From assembly GCF_018350175.1 (NCBI RefSeq), contig NC_058368.1, positions 202,742,001-202,806,000 of the forward strand: DNA of 64,000 nucleotides. Direction: 5' to 3'. Numbering within the stretch: position 1 is the first letter of the stretch; every line of letters starts with the position of its first letter. Below the pieces are notes generated by a model. It did no database searches. It was not told the DNA's origin and saw only the letters and a program-made list of their open reading frames with translations. This DNA comes from Felis catus (Eukaryota). The translations under genes were made by a program, and so were the position numbers. Positions 28,020-41,634 of this stretch are shown piece by piece.

Positions 28020-28217
28020 TGTCTAATGTTTATTTTTGAGAGACAGAGAGACTGAGCACAAGTTGAGGAGCAGAGAGAGGAGACACAGAATCCGAAGCAG
28101 GCTCCAGGCTCCCAGCTGTCAGCACAGAGCGAGGTGCAGGGCTCTAACTCAGGAGCCATGAGATCATGACCTGAGCCAAAGTCTGACACTTAACCGACTG
28201 AGCCACCCAGGTGCCCC
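28020..28217 (-). mobile_element. Can-SINE (first of a tandem pair)
   Basis: Full SINE body flanked by tgttgttaa. Confidence 0.93.
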
Positions 28218-28229
28218 TGTTGTTAAAAC

Positions 28230-28441
28230 TTTTTATTTTTTTTAATGTTTATTCATTTTTGAGAGAGAGAGACACAGACTGTGAGTGGGGGAGGAACAGA
28301 GAAAGAGAGACACGGAACTCAAAGCAAGCTTCAGGCTCGGAGCTGTCAGTGTAGAGCTGATGCGGGGCTTGAACTCACGACCCATAAGATCGTGACCTGA
28401 GCTGAAGTTGGACTCTCAACTGACTGAGCCACCAGGTGCCC
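28230..28441 (-). mobile_element. Can-SINE (second of a tandem pair)
   Basis: Full SINE body flanked by tgttgttaa. Confidence 0.93.
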
Positions 28442-28612
28442 TTGTTGTTAACATTTTTAAATGGAAACATTTAGAGATAGAATGGTGGAGTTAAAACAAA
28501 CATATGTGAACAAGAGAATTACAGAATATCAAATATGTGAAATAACAAATTGTATTGATAATAAGTGATATATAAGAAAGATGATAGGTTTAAAAGAAAT
28601 TTATTTTTAAAA

Positions 28613-28773
28613 TTTTTTTAACGTTTATTTATTTTTGAGACAGAGAGAGACAGAGCATGAACGGGGGAGTGACGGTCAGAGAGAGAGGGAGACACAGAAT
28701 CTGAAACAGGCTCCAGGCTCTGAGCAGTCAGCACAGAGCCCAATGCGGGGCTTGAACTCACGACCATGAGATC
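28613..28773 (-). mobile_element. 5'-truncated Can-SINE
   Basis: Lacks the A-box head. Perfect 21-bp flanking repeat aaaagaaatttatttttaaaa. Confidence 0.92.
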
Positions 28774-29526
28774 AAAAAGAAATTTATTTTTAAAAGGAAT
28801 GAAATGTTCTACAATTACTAGACAGTTATAAAAATTAAAATGCAATTCGCTATATAGGATATTTTTTCCATTCTCCTAGCTTCTTAAGACATAAATGATG
28901 AGTTCTAAACTTAGGCTTATAAAATTACCAATGAAGTCATCCCACATTTCAACACAAATGTTTCCCCTATAGTTTATTCCTATAAGAGGCTAATATGTAC
29001 TTATTCAACCCAACTCACTTCAATAAGAAATTCTGTAAAATAATATTTTGTTTGAGTTTCATGCTTATAGCCACATTTATATTCTTATAGCCCCATTTAT
29101 ATTTATGGGGACCCAAAGTGACTATGAGTGGGCCTCAGGGTACTGAGAGCACAATCCTTTGATGGATCGTTTATGGGAAAAAATAGGTCTGCATTGCTTT
29201 CAATTTGTTTACGTATACAGTGATATGTGTGCAAGTGAAACTCCAAAGAAGGTAGTGAAAGGCAGTTAAAATCTAATAATAACAAATTTCACACGTTAAG
29301 GTTTATAATTTATACCTCTTTAAGTATTTGATATGAAATTTTAAAATGAATAGAAGAGGGGCGGCCTTGGTGACTTATTCAAAGAAAGATCAAACTCGGA
29401 GTTTTGTATTCTGTGCCTAACTTGATTTATTTCTACAGTAACATGGAACTGTATTTCTAGACCAAATTAGTTTAGTTTAGTTTTGTTTTGTTTTTTAACC
29501 CATGGAAATTTTAGGATCTTTTTCCC

Positions 29527-29528
<2 letters not shown>

Positions 29529-29565
<37 letters not shown>
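29529..29565. repeat. (GT)n microsatellite
   Basis: Direct reading. Confidence 0.95.
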
Positions 29566-29567
<2 letters not shown>

Positions 29568-31436
29568 GGTTGAGGAATGAATTTTAGGTCAGCATATGCA
29601 CCACCTCCTTCAGTGTTTTCACCAACAGAGGTCCCAAGTAGAGAGTGCAGGAGAATGAACACAGAGTAAGTGCCTACCATGTATTAGGCACCACGAACTC
29701 CCTGAGGATTCAGCAGGGAGCAAACTAGACCAAATTCCCCACAGTCATGTAGTTTTTATTCTATGGGGTACTAAAATTTTAGAAATAAATGTTAAGTCAA
29801 GAAACCTAAATGACTGAAATATTAAACTACATCACCACATGGCGATAAATGCTTCTAGGAAAATTAAGGCTAAGAGGAAGTATAAGGAATACCTCCCTGC
29901 CCATACAGCCACTTGGGTGTTAGGTCCGGGCATGTAGGATTGATTATGTGGGAGTTCCGGGCTTCCCATTGGGAGTGATGCTGAATGAGGATAAAACACC
30001 TGAGACCAGTGCTCATGGCTCAGGCCAGGTGGATGGTGAGGAAATGAGTTTGGGGTGCTAAGGAGTGAGGGTGAGTTCTTGGACTCCTTCTCGATTCTTC
30101 CTCTCAGGGAAATTTTATAATTCTTCTTTTAGTATGAAGAAAATAAGCCTCAGAGATGTTAAACAACCTGGCCGAGACCAGTACCTGAAAAGCAACTGAG
30201 CTAGGTTTCAAACTCTAGCTAGGTTTCAAACTCTAGGCTTTAAGCCTATGTTTTGTCCACTGTACCTCACTCCCTCCTATGAGAAAGCATGATGGTTGTC
30301 CTCTGGGATGTAAACTTTAAACATTAGCTAAGCCTTAGCTTCTCTTCAAAGGCATCCATAGCCCTTTTATATATGCATTTGTTAAATACTTTTGAAATCT
30401 GTTCCTATGTTCTACCTGACTCTCCTATTAATCATAGAATTAATACATTATCCACAGAGTAAGGTAAAATGTCATTAATGTGCCTCATTAAAATTTCAAA
30501 TAATGTATCTTTTATTCAATAGTTTATGATTCAAAAGAAAATTGTCTTTTTCAAATATAACGTATTTCATTATCTTTGGTATCTCTATTTACTCACCTCT
30601 TAGCAGTTTCTATTTCCACACCAAAGTGTTCTAATTGATTCAGTTTCCTAACTTCTTTTTTTTTTTCAAAATATCTGTCTCATAAGTTCTTCTTATGGTT
30701 AGTCATATGAAACAAACTTGCCAGAAGGGAAGTAATTTCCCATGATTGTTGCCATTATAAATAGTTTAATATTAAGTGCTGGTTAATCATATCTAATATT
30801 TGGAGGAGACTGCCAGGTACTTTATATAGGTAATGTTTATGTTTAGGATTTTTATGCTCAAAATGCATTTGGCCTGATAATGATCATCTGGCATTTTTAA
30901 ATTTAGAACCAGAGCTTTGAAAAACCATAGGCAATCCCTGTCATGGTGACTATTCATTATTTTTAAGAGAACTGAAGTATCTGCCAATCTGTAGTTTACA
31001 GTTGATTCCACTTCTAGTGCATTATACATTTCTAGAAGCTGACACGGATTTTCTAGAGAGTGTGAAGAATCTGCAGGTAGCAAATTCAAAACATGAGTAG
31101 CTTCTTACATTATATTTATGAGGAAAAGGCCTCATATTTATATATGTATAGTATTTCCTTTCTCATTTGTTCTCTCCTTAAACTAGGCTAATGAAATAAT
31201 TGTTTTGATAGTGATAAGACAGATCTGACATATGTTTTTACAGATCTTAGCCCACCTGGGAGTCTGTCCTATACCAGATAACGTATAACCACAGCTTTGC
31301 TTAGCAAAAACCTGGGGAAAATGATTTCAGTGAAAATATGGGGTTTTATTGCAAGCTGAAACAAATATAGCAGGTTATGAGTCACTTTCTTAGAATATCA
31401 AATCATTTTGAATATTTAAAAAATATTATTGTATCT

Positions 31437-31670
31437 GGGTACCTGTGTGGCTCAGCCAGTTAAGTGACTGACTATTGGTTTTGACTCAGGTCATGATCTC
31501 ACAGTTCGGGAGATTGAGCCCTGCATTGGGCTCTGTGCTGACAGCATGGAACCTTTTTGGGATTCTGTCTCCCTCTCTCTCTATCCCTTCCCTGCTCACA
31601 CTGTCTAAATGAATGAATGAATGAATGAATGAATAAATAAATAAATAAATAAAACAAATACATAAATATT
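31437..31670 (+). mobile_element. Can-SINE with (GAAT)n(AAAT)n tail
   Basis: SINE head gggtacctgtgtggctcagccagttaag and tetranucleotide tail. Confidence 0.92.
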
Positions 31671-33008
31671 TTAAAAATATATTTATTTTTTTCTTTTGAA
31701 AACATAAATTGCTAAAATTTTGATTAACAATAGTCTTTGGAATGCACATTTTACTTGTGTTACTCAAATGATAATTTTTGCATTGATAAACTTTATGTGC
31801 TATTAAATGAATTTCTGGTGATAAAGAATAGATGGAACATTCTTTTGTTTATTTGTTTGGTTTTTCTGTGTTTACGTGCATATCTCAGAAAGTAGAAAAA
31901 ATCAGGGCTTTCTGGAAAACATACCTGGAGGAAAAGGGTATACATCACCAATAAGGATGGTCTAAGAAAAAACCTATCTTCCAGATTGATGTTTTCTTTA
32001 AGTTTTCTCCTTAGAGTAAGTCAGTATTTGTGATTGGAGAGGAACCAATGGGCTCCCCAATTTCCTATTCCATTTCTCTTCCACAGGATTCCCAGGAGAT
32101 GGGGCTTCCTGAACCATGCTCTTTCTGCTTTTATTCATTCTGTGGCTATTCTTTCCAGAAAGGTCATCTGAATTGTGACCCTTGCCCTCTTATAAATAAG
32201 ATTAATATCCAGATCCTTTAACATAATCTCCAAAACTCTGTACAATCTAGCGCAACCTATCCTCCTAATCATAATTCCTATCTTTCTCCCCAGATACCCT
32301 TAAACTGACCCCCAAGACTGCTAGTTCTTAAGCAAGCAAAGGTTGCCTTTGCAAAGATGATCCCTTTGGTTAAAAAAATCCCTCTCCATTCTTCAGTCTA
32401 ACACGTTGCTTCTTGTATTTTTTAAGACGCCACTCAAATATTTTTTTCTGTCTCCCCTGGCAGATGATTTTTTTCTTTCTGCTTTCATAGCACTTTATCC
32501 TTTACCTATTATTGAATTGTTTTCATTATTATTTTATATGGCAGTCTCTCATATTAAATTATGAATTTTATGAGCCTAGACACTATGATTTCTTTCAATT
32601 TAAACATAAGGTACCAAAGCACAGTGATTGAACTATATAACACATTCAATAAGAACTTGTACAATAAATGGACAGATGGATGGATGGGTGAATACGTTTT
32701 CCTTTGTCTCTACTCTTTATCTCTATTCCTTCTGCTTTCTCTCCAGCCTAAAAATAAGAAAAGCAGTTAAGCATCCCTTTCATGTGGATATTATACTGCA
32801 TTAAACTCATTGTTTTTATCTCAAGATAGGAAATCGATGTAAATAATGATAAATTATAAGCTAAGCTAAATGAAAGAGAAGGCATTATTTATTTCTGAGA
32901 AATGTGTCAATTAATATTTAAATTACTATCTATCTAATTTTAAATTAATCTTGCTATATTAGGTACCATATAATATAGTTCTAAAATTTAAAATAATAGA
33001 ATCTAGAG

Positions 33009-33221
33009 AATGTTGCCTAGGAGAACTTTCTGTGGTGAAGGAAACTTTCTCTACTCACTGTTCAACAAGGAAGCCACTAGCCATATGCAGCCATTGAGCA
33101 TCTGGTGCAAACGTGACAGAGAGATTAAATATTTAATTTTATTAAATATTTTATTATAATTAATTTAGATTAAATATAAATAGCTACATATGGTTAATGC
33201 CTACCATGTTGGATAAAACAG
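33009..33221. mobile_element. MER3-like hAT-Charlie MITE
   Basis: agaactttctgtggtgaaggaaa...gccactagccatatg...aaatagctacatatggttaatgcctaccatgttgga. Flanked by nTCTAGAn target-like sites. Confidence 0.8.
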
Positions 33222-33419
33222 TTCTAGATTACTATTAGAATGGAGTGAAAGGGATTTACAAGGCAATTGTATCCAAAATGGTATAAAAGAGTGTTATTTC
33301 ACCTCTATTTTTATCTCTAGTCTTCTTGGAAATATTCTAAAGCCTTTATTTCATGCTAAGCCCCACATATCCCTAAGAGTTCATTGACTTCATAAAGGAG
33401 ACCAATGATACTGCTTTCC

Positions 33420-34250
33420 TTCATTTGTTTCCTTCATTTCTTTCATTTTTCTTTCAACAACTAAATATGGAGAATCTTCAATGTTCTAGGCAGAATTCTA
33501 AGTATTTGTCATACAGTAGCAAATAAGATAAAACTTTAGCATTCATGGACGTTAAAGACACCCAATAGTCAAAAAATAAACAATTGAATGAAATAATTTC
33601 AAGTAGCAGTAGACACCATGAAAAAAAGTAGTAAAGCAGGATGACAAAAGAACAGTTGAGCATAGACCTTGGTAAAAAGAGACAGCTAGCCATTTGGTAC
33701 CTGAAGGAAAAGTATAAGAAATAGCAAGAGCAAAGTTTCTGAAGTGGGAACATAGATGGTGAGTTTCAGGAACAAAAGAATGCCAGTATTGTTAGAACAA
33801 AGAAAGGTTGAAAGACTTATAACAGCTAAGCTCAAAATGAGGTACAGAAGACAGAACTGATGCACATATGTAGACCACAATGGACTTGTAAGTTGGTTAT
33901 CTTAGAGACAGGTCAAGAATTCATGTGGAAAGGTGGTGAACAGTGAACAAGAGGTGGAATTAATGAACTGGGTGTCCTTACAAGACAGAAGAATTGTCAA
34001 GGTGAGAGCAATAGAATAATGTGAGCTGGAAATACAAAAAATGGTGATCTGAATGGAAATTTTAGAGTTGGTTAACTTATTGGTGATAATGAGGCCTAGG
34101 ATGTGACCATTGAAATAATGGCTAAATAGGAATTTTGAAATGAAAGATTGTTAATAGCAAATTAATCAAAGAATACTGAGGACAATGTGGTGGACAGAGC
34201 ATCTCCAAGCATTCTGATGAGCACAGTGATGATATACCCTAAATCTATCA
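33420..34250 (-). mobile_element. L2 remnant
   Basis: ttcatt-rich end followed by a purine-rich degenerate body typical of antisense L2. Confidence 0.55.
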
Positions 34251-36429
34251 TTGGGTGTATATGTATATTTCAGTGAAGGCATACTTAAATTATGCCTGTC
34301 CTTTTAAGACTATTTTCTTCTTTTATATATATATTTATATTCTTTTATTTTCTCTCCATCTCTAATGTTTCTTTGTGATTTATTTGCAGCATTTAGATCA
34401 AAGATGCACAGAAACTACAGGACTAAGAGATTCCTGTTATACTGAAAACTTAGAGAAGATCGTTTTACATTTTTATTTGCATCCTCAATCTTAGCATATT
34501 CCCTGATACATCATTTTTATTGAATAAACATTCAATAAATTGTGGCATTGAATCTAGTTTGGGAGCCATCTCTAATTGAATAATATTTCACATCATTAAG
34601 TTAAATATCAAACTTTAATAAGTGATTTGTATTTATATTTCTTTTCCATTTTTCAAACATAAAATTATAGTGTCTACGCCTCCTTGCTCTTCCTACAAGT
34701 TCTTAACAGAAGTTACAAATGTGAACCAGATATTAGAGTTAGTATTTTGATAATATCTTACTTGGTGCTGAATAGAGTAGCAAGATTCCTTTTTGGTTAC
34801 TTCTTTTGCTGCTTCTGGGTGTTGGCTCTCCAGCCTTACTTTTGGCTTTCAAAGTCTCAGCACAACATTGCTGACTAAGTACTTCTTGCCCTACTTCAGC
34901 AGATCCGTTCATCCTCCGTCACAGCTGGGTATGATGAATGAGCTAACATTAGTAAAGCGTTTTGAGTTCTTTGGATAAAAGTTATGCAAACTATTATTGG
35001 GTTGTGACTCCATTTTTAAGGACCATGGTCACACGTCGTTGTATTTTGGAATCTAAGAGAGAAAATGGTGGAGAAGGGTGTCTCTAGATAGGCACACTTC
35101 AACAAAGTGTGCAATGTGCAAGTAAAGCTACTGCGTGGGAAAAGCTGGGATTCACATTTTTAGTTTTAATATGATCTTGGTTTCCTCTCACTTCTTCTGT
35201 TCTATGATATCAGCCTAGAGTGAGGTGAGGTGATGTAAGATCATCCTTCTGTGGGAATAATAAGCATTATCTTCTGAGGCATTAAGTATACATTTAGAAA
35301 CGGTTTTTTTGATGTTCTCCAAGTCATATTTTTATCCTATGGAAGACTTAACAGATATGCATATGAAACATGCCAGACTCTTTATCATAGTGTAGTATTT
35401 GAGTTTAAAACATTGTAAACGTTTTATTTGATACATGCCCAGCACACACTGTTTATGATCTTCGGAATCCACTCTTTGAACAGGTTCATTCGGAAAGCGA
35501 CGGTGTCCTGTGGTTACTTAATGTGCATCATTGCTGGTGGACAGATGGCTGGTTTCTCACTGTGTCCTCATTTCAACTCTATCTCTAGCTTGCTCCTTTT
35601 CCAAGTGGCCTCCCACTTGTGCTAATAACAGAGGCTTTTTATTCTGTGCCCAGGTTTTACTTACTCTTAATTTTAGACCTTCCCCTTCAAGTCTTAAGGT
35701 CGACATTGCTAAAACTATACAACTGCCCCAGTGATATTCCCTACTAAACCACATTCAGTCTAAAAGGTTATGTCTGAGGAGCCTAAACATATATTATTGT
35801 TTGGTTATTCTTCTCTCATAATATTGCAATTTAAATGGTCAAATTCTATCTTTAGGAACAAAACTATAGAAGGATTAGGAAACAGCATGATGTAGCAAAG
35901 TACTCAGCATCCACAGAGCAAGGTTCTAGTCCCATCTTTGTCAACAGACCCAACTTCATGTCCCCAGGCAACTTGTTTACCATCTAAGGGCTTGAGATCA
36001 TCATCTGCAAAATGAGATTAAGGTAGACACTCTCTACAGCCTTTCAGTGCTATGATTATGTTGGAATTGGACTCTTGGGGATATATTCTTTTCGCTAGCT
36101 TGCTTGTTTTAATAGTTTTCTGAGCATCCAAAATGTCTTCTGGCCTGTTCTAGAATCCACGATGTTTTTGAATGAATGAAGGTTGTATATTTTGTTTGCA
36201 GTATTGTCTTTGAGGGTATTTTCTAAGACAAGACCCTGGCATTTTGAAAAGAAATGGAAGCAGCTGATTTTGTGATGATTCATGCTCTAGTGGATAAAAA
36301 TTAACTACAACTCTTTTTCATGGGTAGTGAAAAAATAGAAAGTGTCAGGGGCTGGTTGTGAAGCTCTTTGGAATGTGACAGAAGGATACTGTTTAAGGGT
36401 GTAGTTGTTATAGTCAGATCTTGAGATAT

Positions 36430-36600
36430 TGTTGGGCCTGGAGAAGGTCACTGATCTTCCCCAAGCCCCTGTTTCAAATCTGTAAAATCAGGGTGATAAT
36501 AATAATCCCTACCTCATTAGGCTTGCTTAGAGTAATAAATGATTTAAATATATAAAATACTTAGGAGAGCACCTGGCACATAGTATGTTCTATGATGTTA
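36430..36600 (+). mobile_element. MIR remnant
   Basis: ctgtaaaatcagggtgataataataatccctacctca...gcacctggcacatagta. Confidence 0.75.
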
Positions 36601-36916
36601 GGTAGTAACAAAAGTAACAGTGCTGGTATAGTCTAGAGCAGCTGATACATGTGTAAGATGTCACTGAAGTATTATGGATTCAGTGCCCCTGTGGAGTGAA
36701 TCGACACTGGACAATCTGATTGTCAATTTGTATATTTCCTGGAGTCAGTGTTAGTCTTAATCCAGTAGCAAAGAAATTCACTCTAAATCAAGTGTGAATG
36801 GTGGGAAGTGGGGACATAGGGATGGGATAAATAATCTTGAAAACTTTTTCAAATTAACATATCTTTAACTCTGAAAATTCTAACTTCTTCACTACGTATA
36901 CATATATGTGTGCATG

Positions 36917-36920
<4 letters not shown>

Positions 36921-36950
<30 letters not shown>
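36921..36950. repeat. (CA)15 microsatellite
   Basis: Direct reading. Confidence 0.95.
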
Positions 36951-36951
<1 letters not shown>

Positions 36952-37729
36952 GAAATAATACTGTAGGGTTTCACAAAATCCAAATTATCCATACAACTGG
37001 GGCTTGATATGCCAGGAATTGTAAGTAATTTCACGTATATAATTCCATATTAGATTAAAATAACTACAAAATATACAATATTTACCATTTTCAATATCAA
37101 TTTTTTGATGCATTAGGAGGGAAATGGAAGAACAAATATCTGTGTCTTCACAAACTGCATTATTCAGAAACATTTTTGTACAATTTAGAATTAGGAAGGA
37201 TCTAGTCCATTATCTTACCACATGGTACAAATAAGGAGCCTGAGACATGCACGGGCCACAGAGATTGGCAGTGGGGAAGGTGCATTATCATTTTAGGCCA
37301 CTACACTTTATAGAGTAACAGGTGCAGTTTCTGCAAGTTGTTGCCAATGATGTTACTTCATAGCATTTCAAAAAGCAAGGGTTCTTTCCTCTCAGATTGA
37401 ATTATCAAACACATTGCACGCATACATACCCACGTACACAAATTTCTTCTGACTGTTGCTAAGTAATCTGAATTTACTAATTCCAAGCATGTTCCAATTA
37501 AGTGTGACTATTTTGACCTGTCTATTATCTATGGAGATACTTCTCAGTGGTTGAGTTTACTTAGAAGGGAAGAGTGAAATTACCAGTCAGAATAGTTCAG
37601 CAAAAAGATAATGAAGTGGAAAAAGTCTAATGCACTTTAAATTGCACTTTATCACCTATTTTGCATGGTGTTATACATTTATTGAAATTTTTGAATGTAT
37701 TTAGCAAATTTAAAATGCCAAAAGTTTTA

Positions 37730-37940
37730 GGGGCACCTAGGTGGTTCAGTCGGTTAAGCATCTGACTCTTGATTTCAGCTCAGGTCATGATCTCATGGTT
37801 TGTGAGATGGAGCCACATGTGGGGCTCTGTTCTGACATCAAGGAGCCTGCTTGGAGTTCTCTCAGCCCCTCCCCTGCTTACACACATGCACATGCAGTCT
37901 CTTTCTCTCAAAATAATAAACATTGAATAAATAAATAAGT
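37730..37940 (+). mobile_element. Can-SINE
   Basis: ggggcacctaggtggttcagtcggttaagc head, A-rich tail. No clean TSD seen. Confidence 0.93.
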
Positions 37941-40356
37941 AACATTTATTTTTAAAATCCCTAATAAAAGGTCAGTAATATGGCATTGCCATAATTGCAG
38001 GGATTTGGAAAAAAAATTAAAAATTAAATTTGCTTTTGTATAGCTCCCCAAGGCAATAAAGAGGGTTTGTCAGAGAAGACTGGGAATTGATGGTATCTGA
38101 TACCTTATGTATGAGAGAATCACCGAGTGCTGCTGAACAAATCCCAGGTCATTTCTGGGTTATGAAGTGTCTCTGAATCACTCATTTGTCATAACTACCA
38201 TTATGTGTATGTGTATCTGTGTGTGTGCGTGCACACGTTCACATGGGGTGTGTATAGGCTTATACCTTGCAATTTTGCTGGAAAATATATATTCTTTCAG
38301 GGGGAAAAAAAGCCAAAATTAACATCCCGGCCATCATTAGTTTGAACATCTTTGAGCCACGCCCTTTTGTCGCTAAAACTGTGGAGAGAAGAAAAGAACT
38401 GGTGATAATTGTTCTGGCTACATTTTCAGATCATAATCTTGAGATTTTGCACTGGAACCACAGAAACAAATAAGAAGCCAAGATATAGATACCTTTAATA
38501 ACTGAAAGCTGAGACGTTTCAGTAAACATGTTTAAGTGGAATACCCTTCCAAATGAAATCTATTGTTTTTAAAGTGTCTGTGACTGTAGGACTCCAGGAA
38601 TACCTTCAGAATAAACCTAATTCCCACCGGCTTCTGAGTGAGAAGTCTGTAATGATATAAGAACAGTGAAAATGAGAAAAACAAATGGCACCAGGGGATG
38701 TGAAATTTCATTTTCAGCCCAGAATATAACATTTTAGAAAGCTGTCTTGGGTTCACTGTTCAGTTCTTTGCATTTGCTGTGCTAATTGGCCCACTTGTGC
38801 CTGAACCAAATACTTGAGGCCCTGGGAGTAGCCAGGGAGAGGGAGTAGGTGGCACTCCACAGAACAGAAAGAATGATTATCCTATAAAAGGGATGGCCCT
38901 AAGGGACTTGACTCTGCCAATGACTCTGAAGGGATTGGCCTTCTCACTAAGGATCCCTGATAAAAGGTTGGCAATTTATGGCATTGCCACAATTGCAGGG
39001 ATTTGGACAAGAATTTTCTACAAGAGCAGCGGGGAGAGAAAATGAGTTTGTGAACATGTCACTGAGGAACTTATAATCGAGATCAGAGCTTCAGAATGTA
39101 TACATGTTTTGAACTGAGGAGAAGAAAATCTTTGAAGAAAAGCATAACCATTAAAACAAATGAATGGAAATGATTAAAATAGATATCAAAAGTCCTGAAG
39201 CATCAACAATCCTATGATTGTGATGTTCTCGACATGCGCTATCACTCTATCACATTACCTTGTTTTATTTCCCTACAGGCATCATTTTTCAAGTCATCTT
39301 ACTGATTTAAGGTTTTCTGGGTCCTTCTCTAGAATGTGAATTCTATGAGAGTAAGGTCTTTGTCCTATACCTCCAACACCTAGAATATACCTGACACACT
39401 TCAGACTGTAATATAAATTTCCCAGACGGATGAATGAAGTAATTTCTGCGCTGAATTGTAAGGGCGAAACAATGGCATGCCAAGTAAAAGTTGGGGCAGA
39501 GATCCAAAGTTGAAGGGAAAAAAATTTTCTAAAAAATTTCTCTAAATTTTTCTAAAAAATTCTCTAAAAAAAGTTTTAGAGAAAAAAAAATTATGGGAAA
39601 CTATTCCTGCTCTTTCACCTCAGAAAACCCATTTGTGGTGATCTGAAATCTGTCCACTCATCCCACAGAGAAGTATGACCCAAATGTGGACTTGGAAAAT
39701 TGATTTTCAAGTAGCATATTCCTATCTGTTATGAAATCGAAACTTCTGGAAGTCTCACTCAGAGTATAATAGATTTAAGCTTGACCTAGATTGTTTTTTC
39801 AACTATAAATGGACCCATCACTCTTATGGGGCATAGGAAGGCGGGAAGAACACTTAGACAAGATAAAGAAATCTCTTGCCCATGTCTCTAAACTAATGAC
39901 TGTGACATTAAATGGTTCACAGACTTAACAGTTCGATTTGAAGGTCTCTCCTCTTCTGCAAAGAGAAACTGCCATATGGCCTACATTGTGGTCTTTCCAT
40001 TTACACAACAATTTAATATGCCTGGTTCATGATGAAATACCAGCTCCCGGCCGGGAAATTAAAGCAGCGTTCAGCTCCTCTCAGCAAGAAGGCCGCAGTT
40101 TGATATATTCTGTAAACTGGATTCTGTATTAGCCAAAGGAAAGGATTGGCATAGTTAGGAAACACAGTTGGACTTGTTCAAACAAGCGTTTCAGTGCACA
40201 GATGCTACGTGTCTTTGGAGCTGTGCTTTAGATCACTTTACTTCTACTTAGCTATCAACTAAAATATATTTTTGTTTCAATCCTTTTAATTTTCATCTTT
40301 CCATTCATTTATATAAATGCAGTCTTCTTCCTCTAAGACATTTCAAAAATGTTTGT

Positions 40357-40513
40357 GGGGGCACCTGAGTGGCTCAGTCGGTTAAGTGTGCTACTTCGGC
40401 TCAGGTCCTGATCTCGCCGTCAGCAGGTTTGACCCCGCGTCAAGCTCTATGCTGACACCTCAGAGCCTGGAGCCTGCTTCAGATTCTGTGTTTCCTTCTC
40501 TGCCCCACCCCCA

Positions 40514-40544
<31 letters not shown>

Positions 40545-40555
40545 AAAAAAAAAAA
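40357..40555 (+). mobile_element. Can-SINE
   Basis: SINE head, (TC)n tract. TSD aaaaatgttt. Confidence 0.93.
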
Positions 40556-41634
40556 TGTTTTTTAATGTTGATAAAGAAAGGGTTTACAATGTCTTAAAAT
40601 ATTGTCTTTATGAATGCCATTTTAATCAGCTAATACAATATCTGTGATGGTGCTTGGTGGAACAAGTATGGCCTCACACAGACTGAGAATCAAATGGTGG
40701 CCCTGTTAACAACTAGTTATTAGCCTTAAGTAGGTTAATCGAATTCTTGTAGCTGAGTGCAATAGTCTGTAAAATAGCCATAGTAATATTCACTTTGCGG
40801 GCCATTTCCACGGGATAAATGATTACGTGTGTGTGTGTGTGTATGTGTGTGTGTTCCTGTGTATGTAAAATGCCAGGTGTGGTTTGGTAAAGTAGCTGCA
40901 GACACAAAATGAAACACTGGTTTGTTACGATAGTCCATACCTCTATCGGCATATTCACGCATATTCACGTATATCTATGTATCCATCTATAAATATTTGC
41001 CATAGGACAGTGTGATTATAGTGATTGACCCTATCTTTTAATGCCTTCCCATTCTCCCAAGGTCTGAGATAACCATAAAAAGTAATAATTTGCCAGTGAA
41101 ATCTTTAGATAGATTTCATGGTCAAAGCAGACAGCTAGAAACATTTTCACACGTGGCAAAAACTTTTCATTTCCTTCCTTCATTTGTCTACCTGAAACTT
41201 ATTCAGATTTACCCTTCCAGCAAGCCTGCTCTACACCCCCAGGCTGGCCCATGGAGCCCTCCTATTTCTGATAATAGTCTCAGCTTATTTCTATCTTTTT
41301 ATTGAATATATTACAATTAAATGATCTGTGCTTATCTACTAAACTGAATCTTTCCAAACTTTGTAACTCTATTTTCTAGCCTGAGGTTTTGTAGGTCTTC
41401 AATAATGTCTGTTGAAATACCCATCCACACACAGACACACACATACATGTATACAAATATATTTCATTTTTTATTTGTCATTTGTTTCCCAGTTCCACAT
41501 AAGTATTTCCTGATTGATCTATTGACATAAAATCGTTTTCAACCTATGACATAATAGTCATTAAAATTAAGTCTTGATTATATTATAAACAACATCATTG
41601 TCAACTAAATATTCACCATCCATACTTTGACTAA

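Noticed and set aside
29064..30236. Short tandem duplications (20 bp x2 at 29064; 18 bp x2 at 30199)
   Set aside because: Ordinary slippage products with no sign of function.
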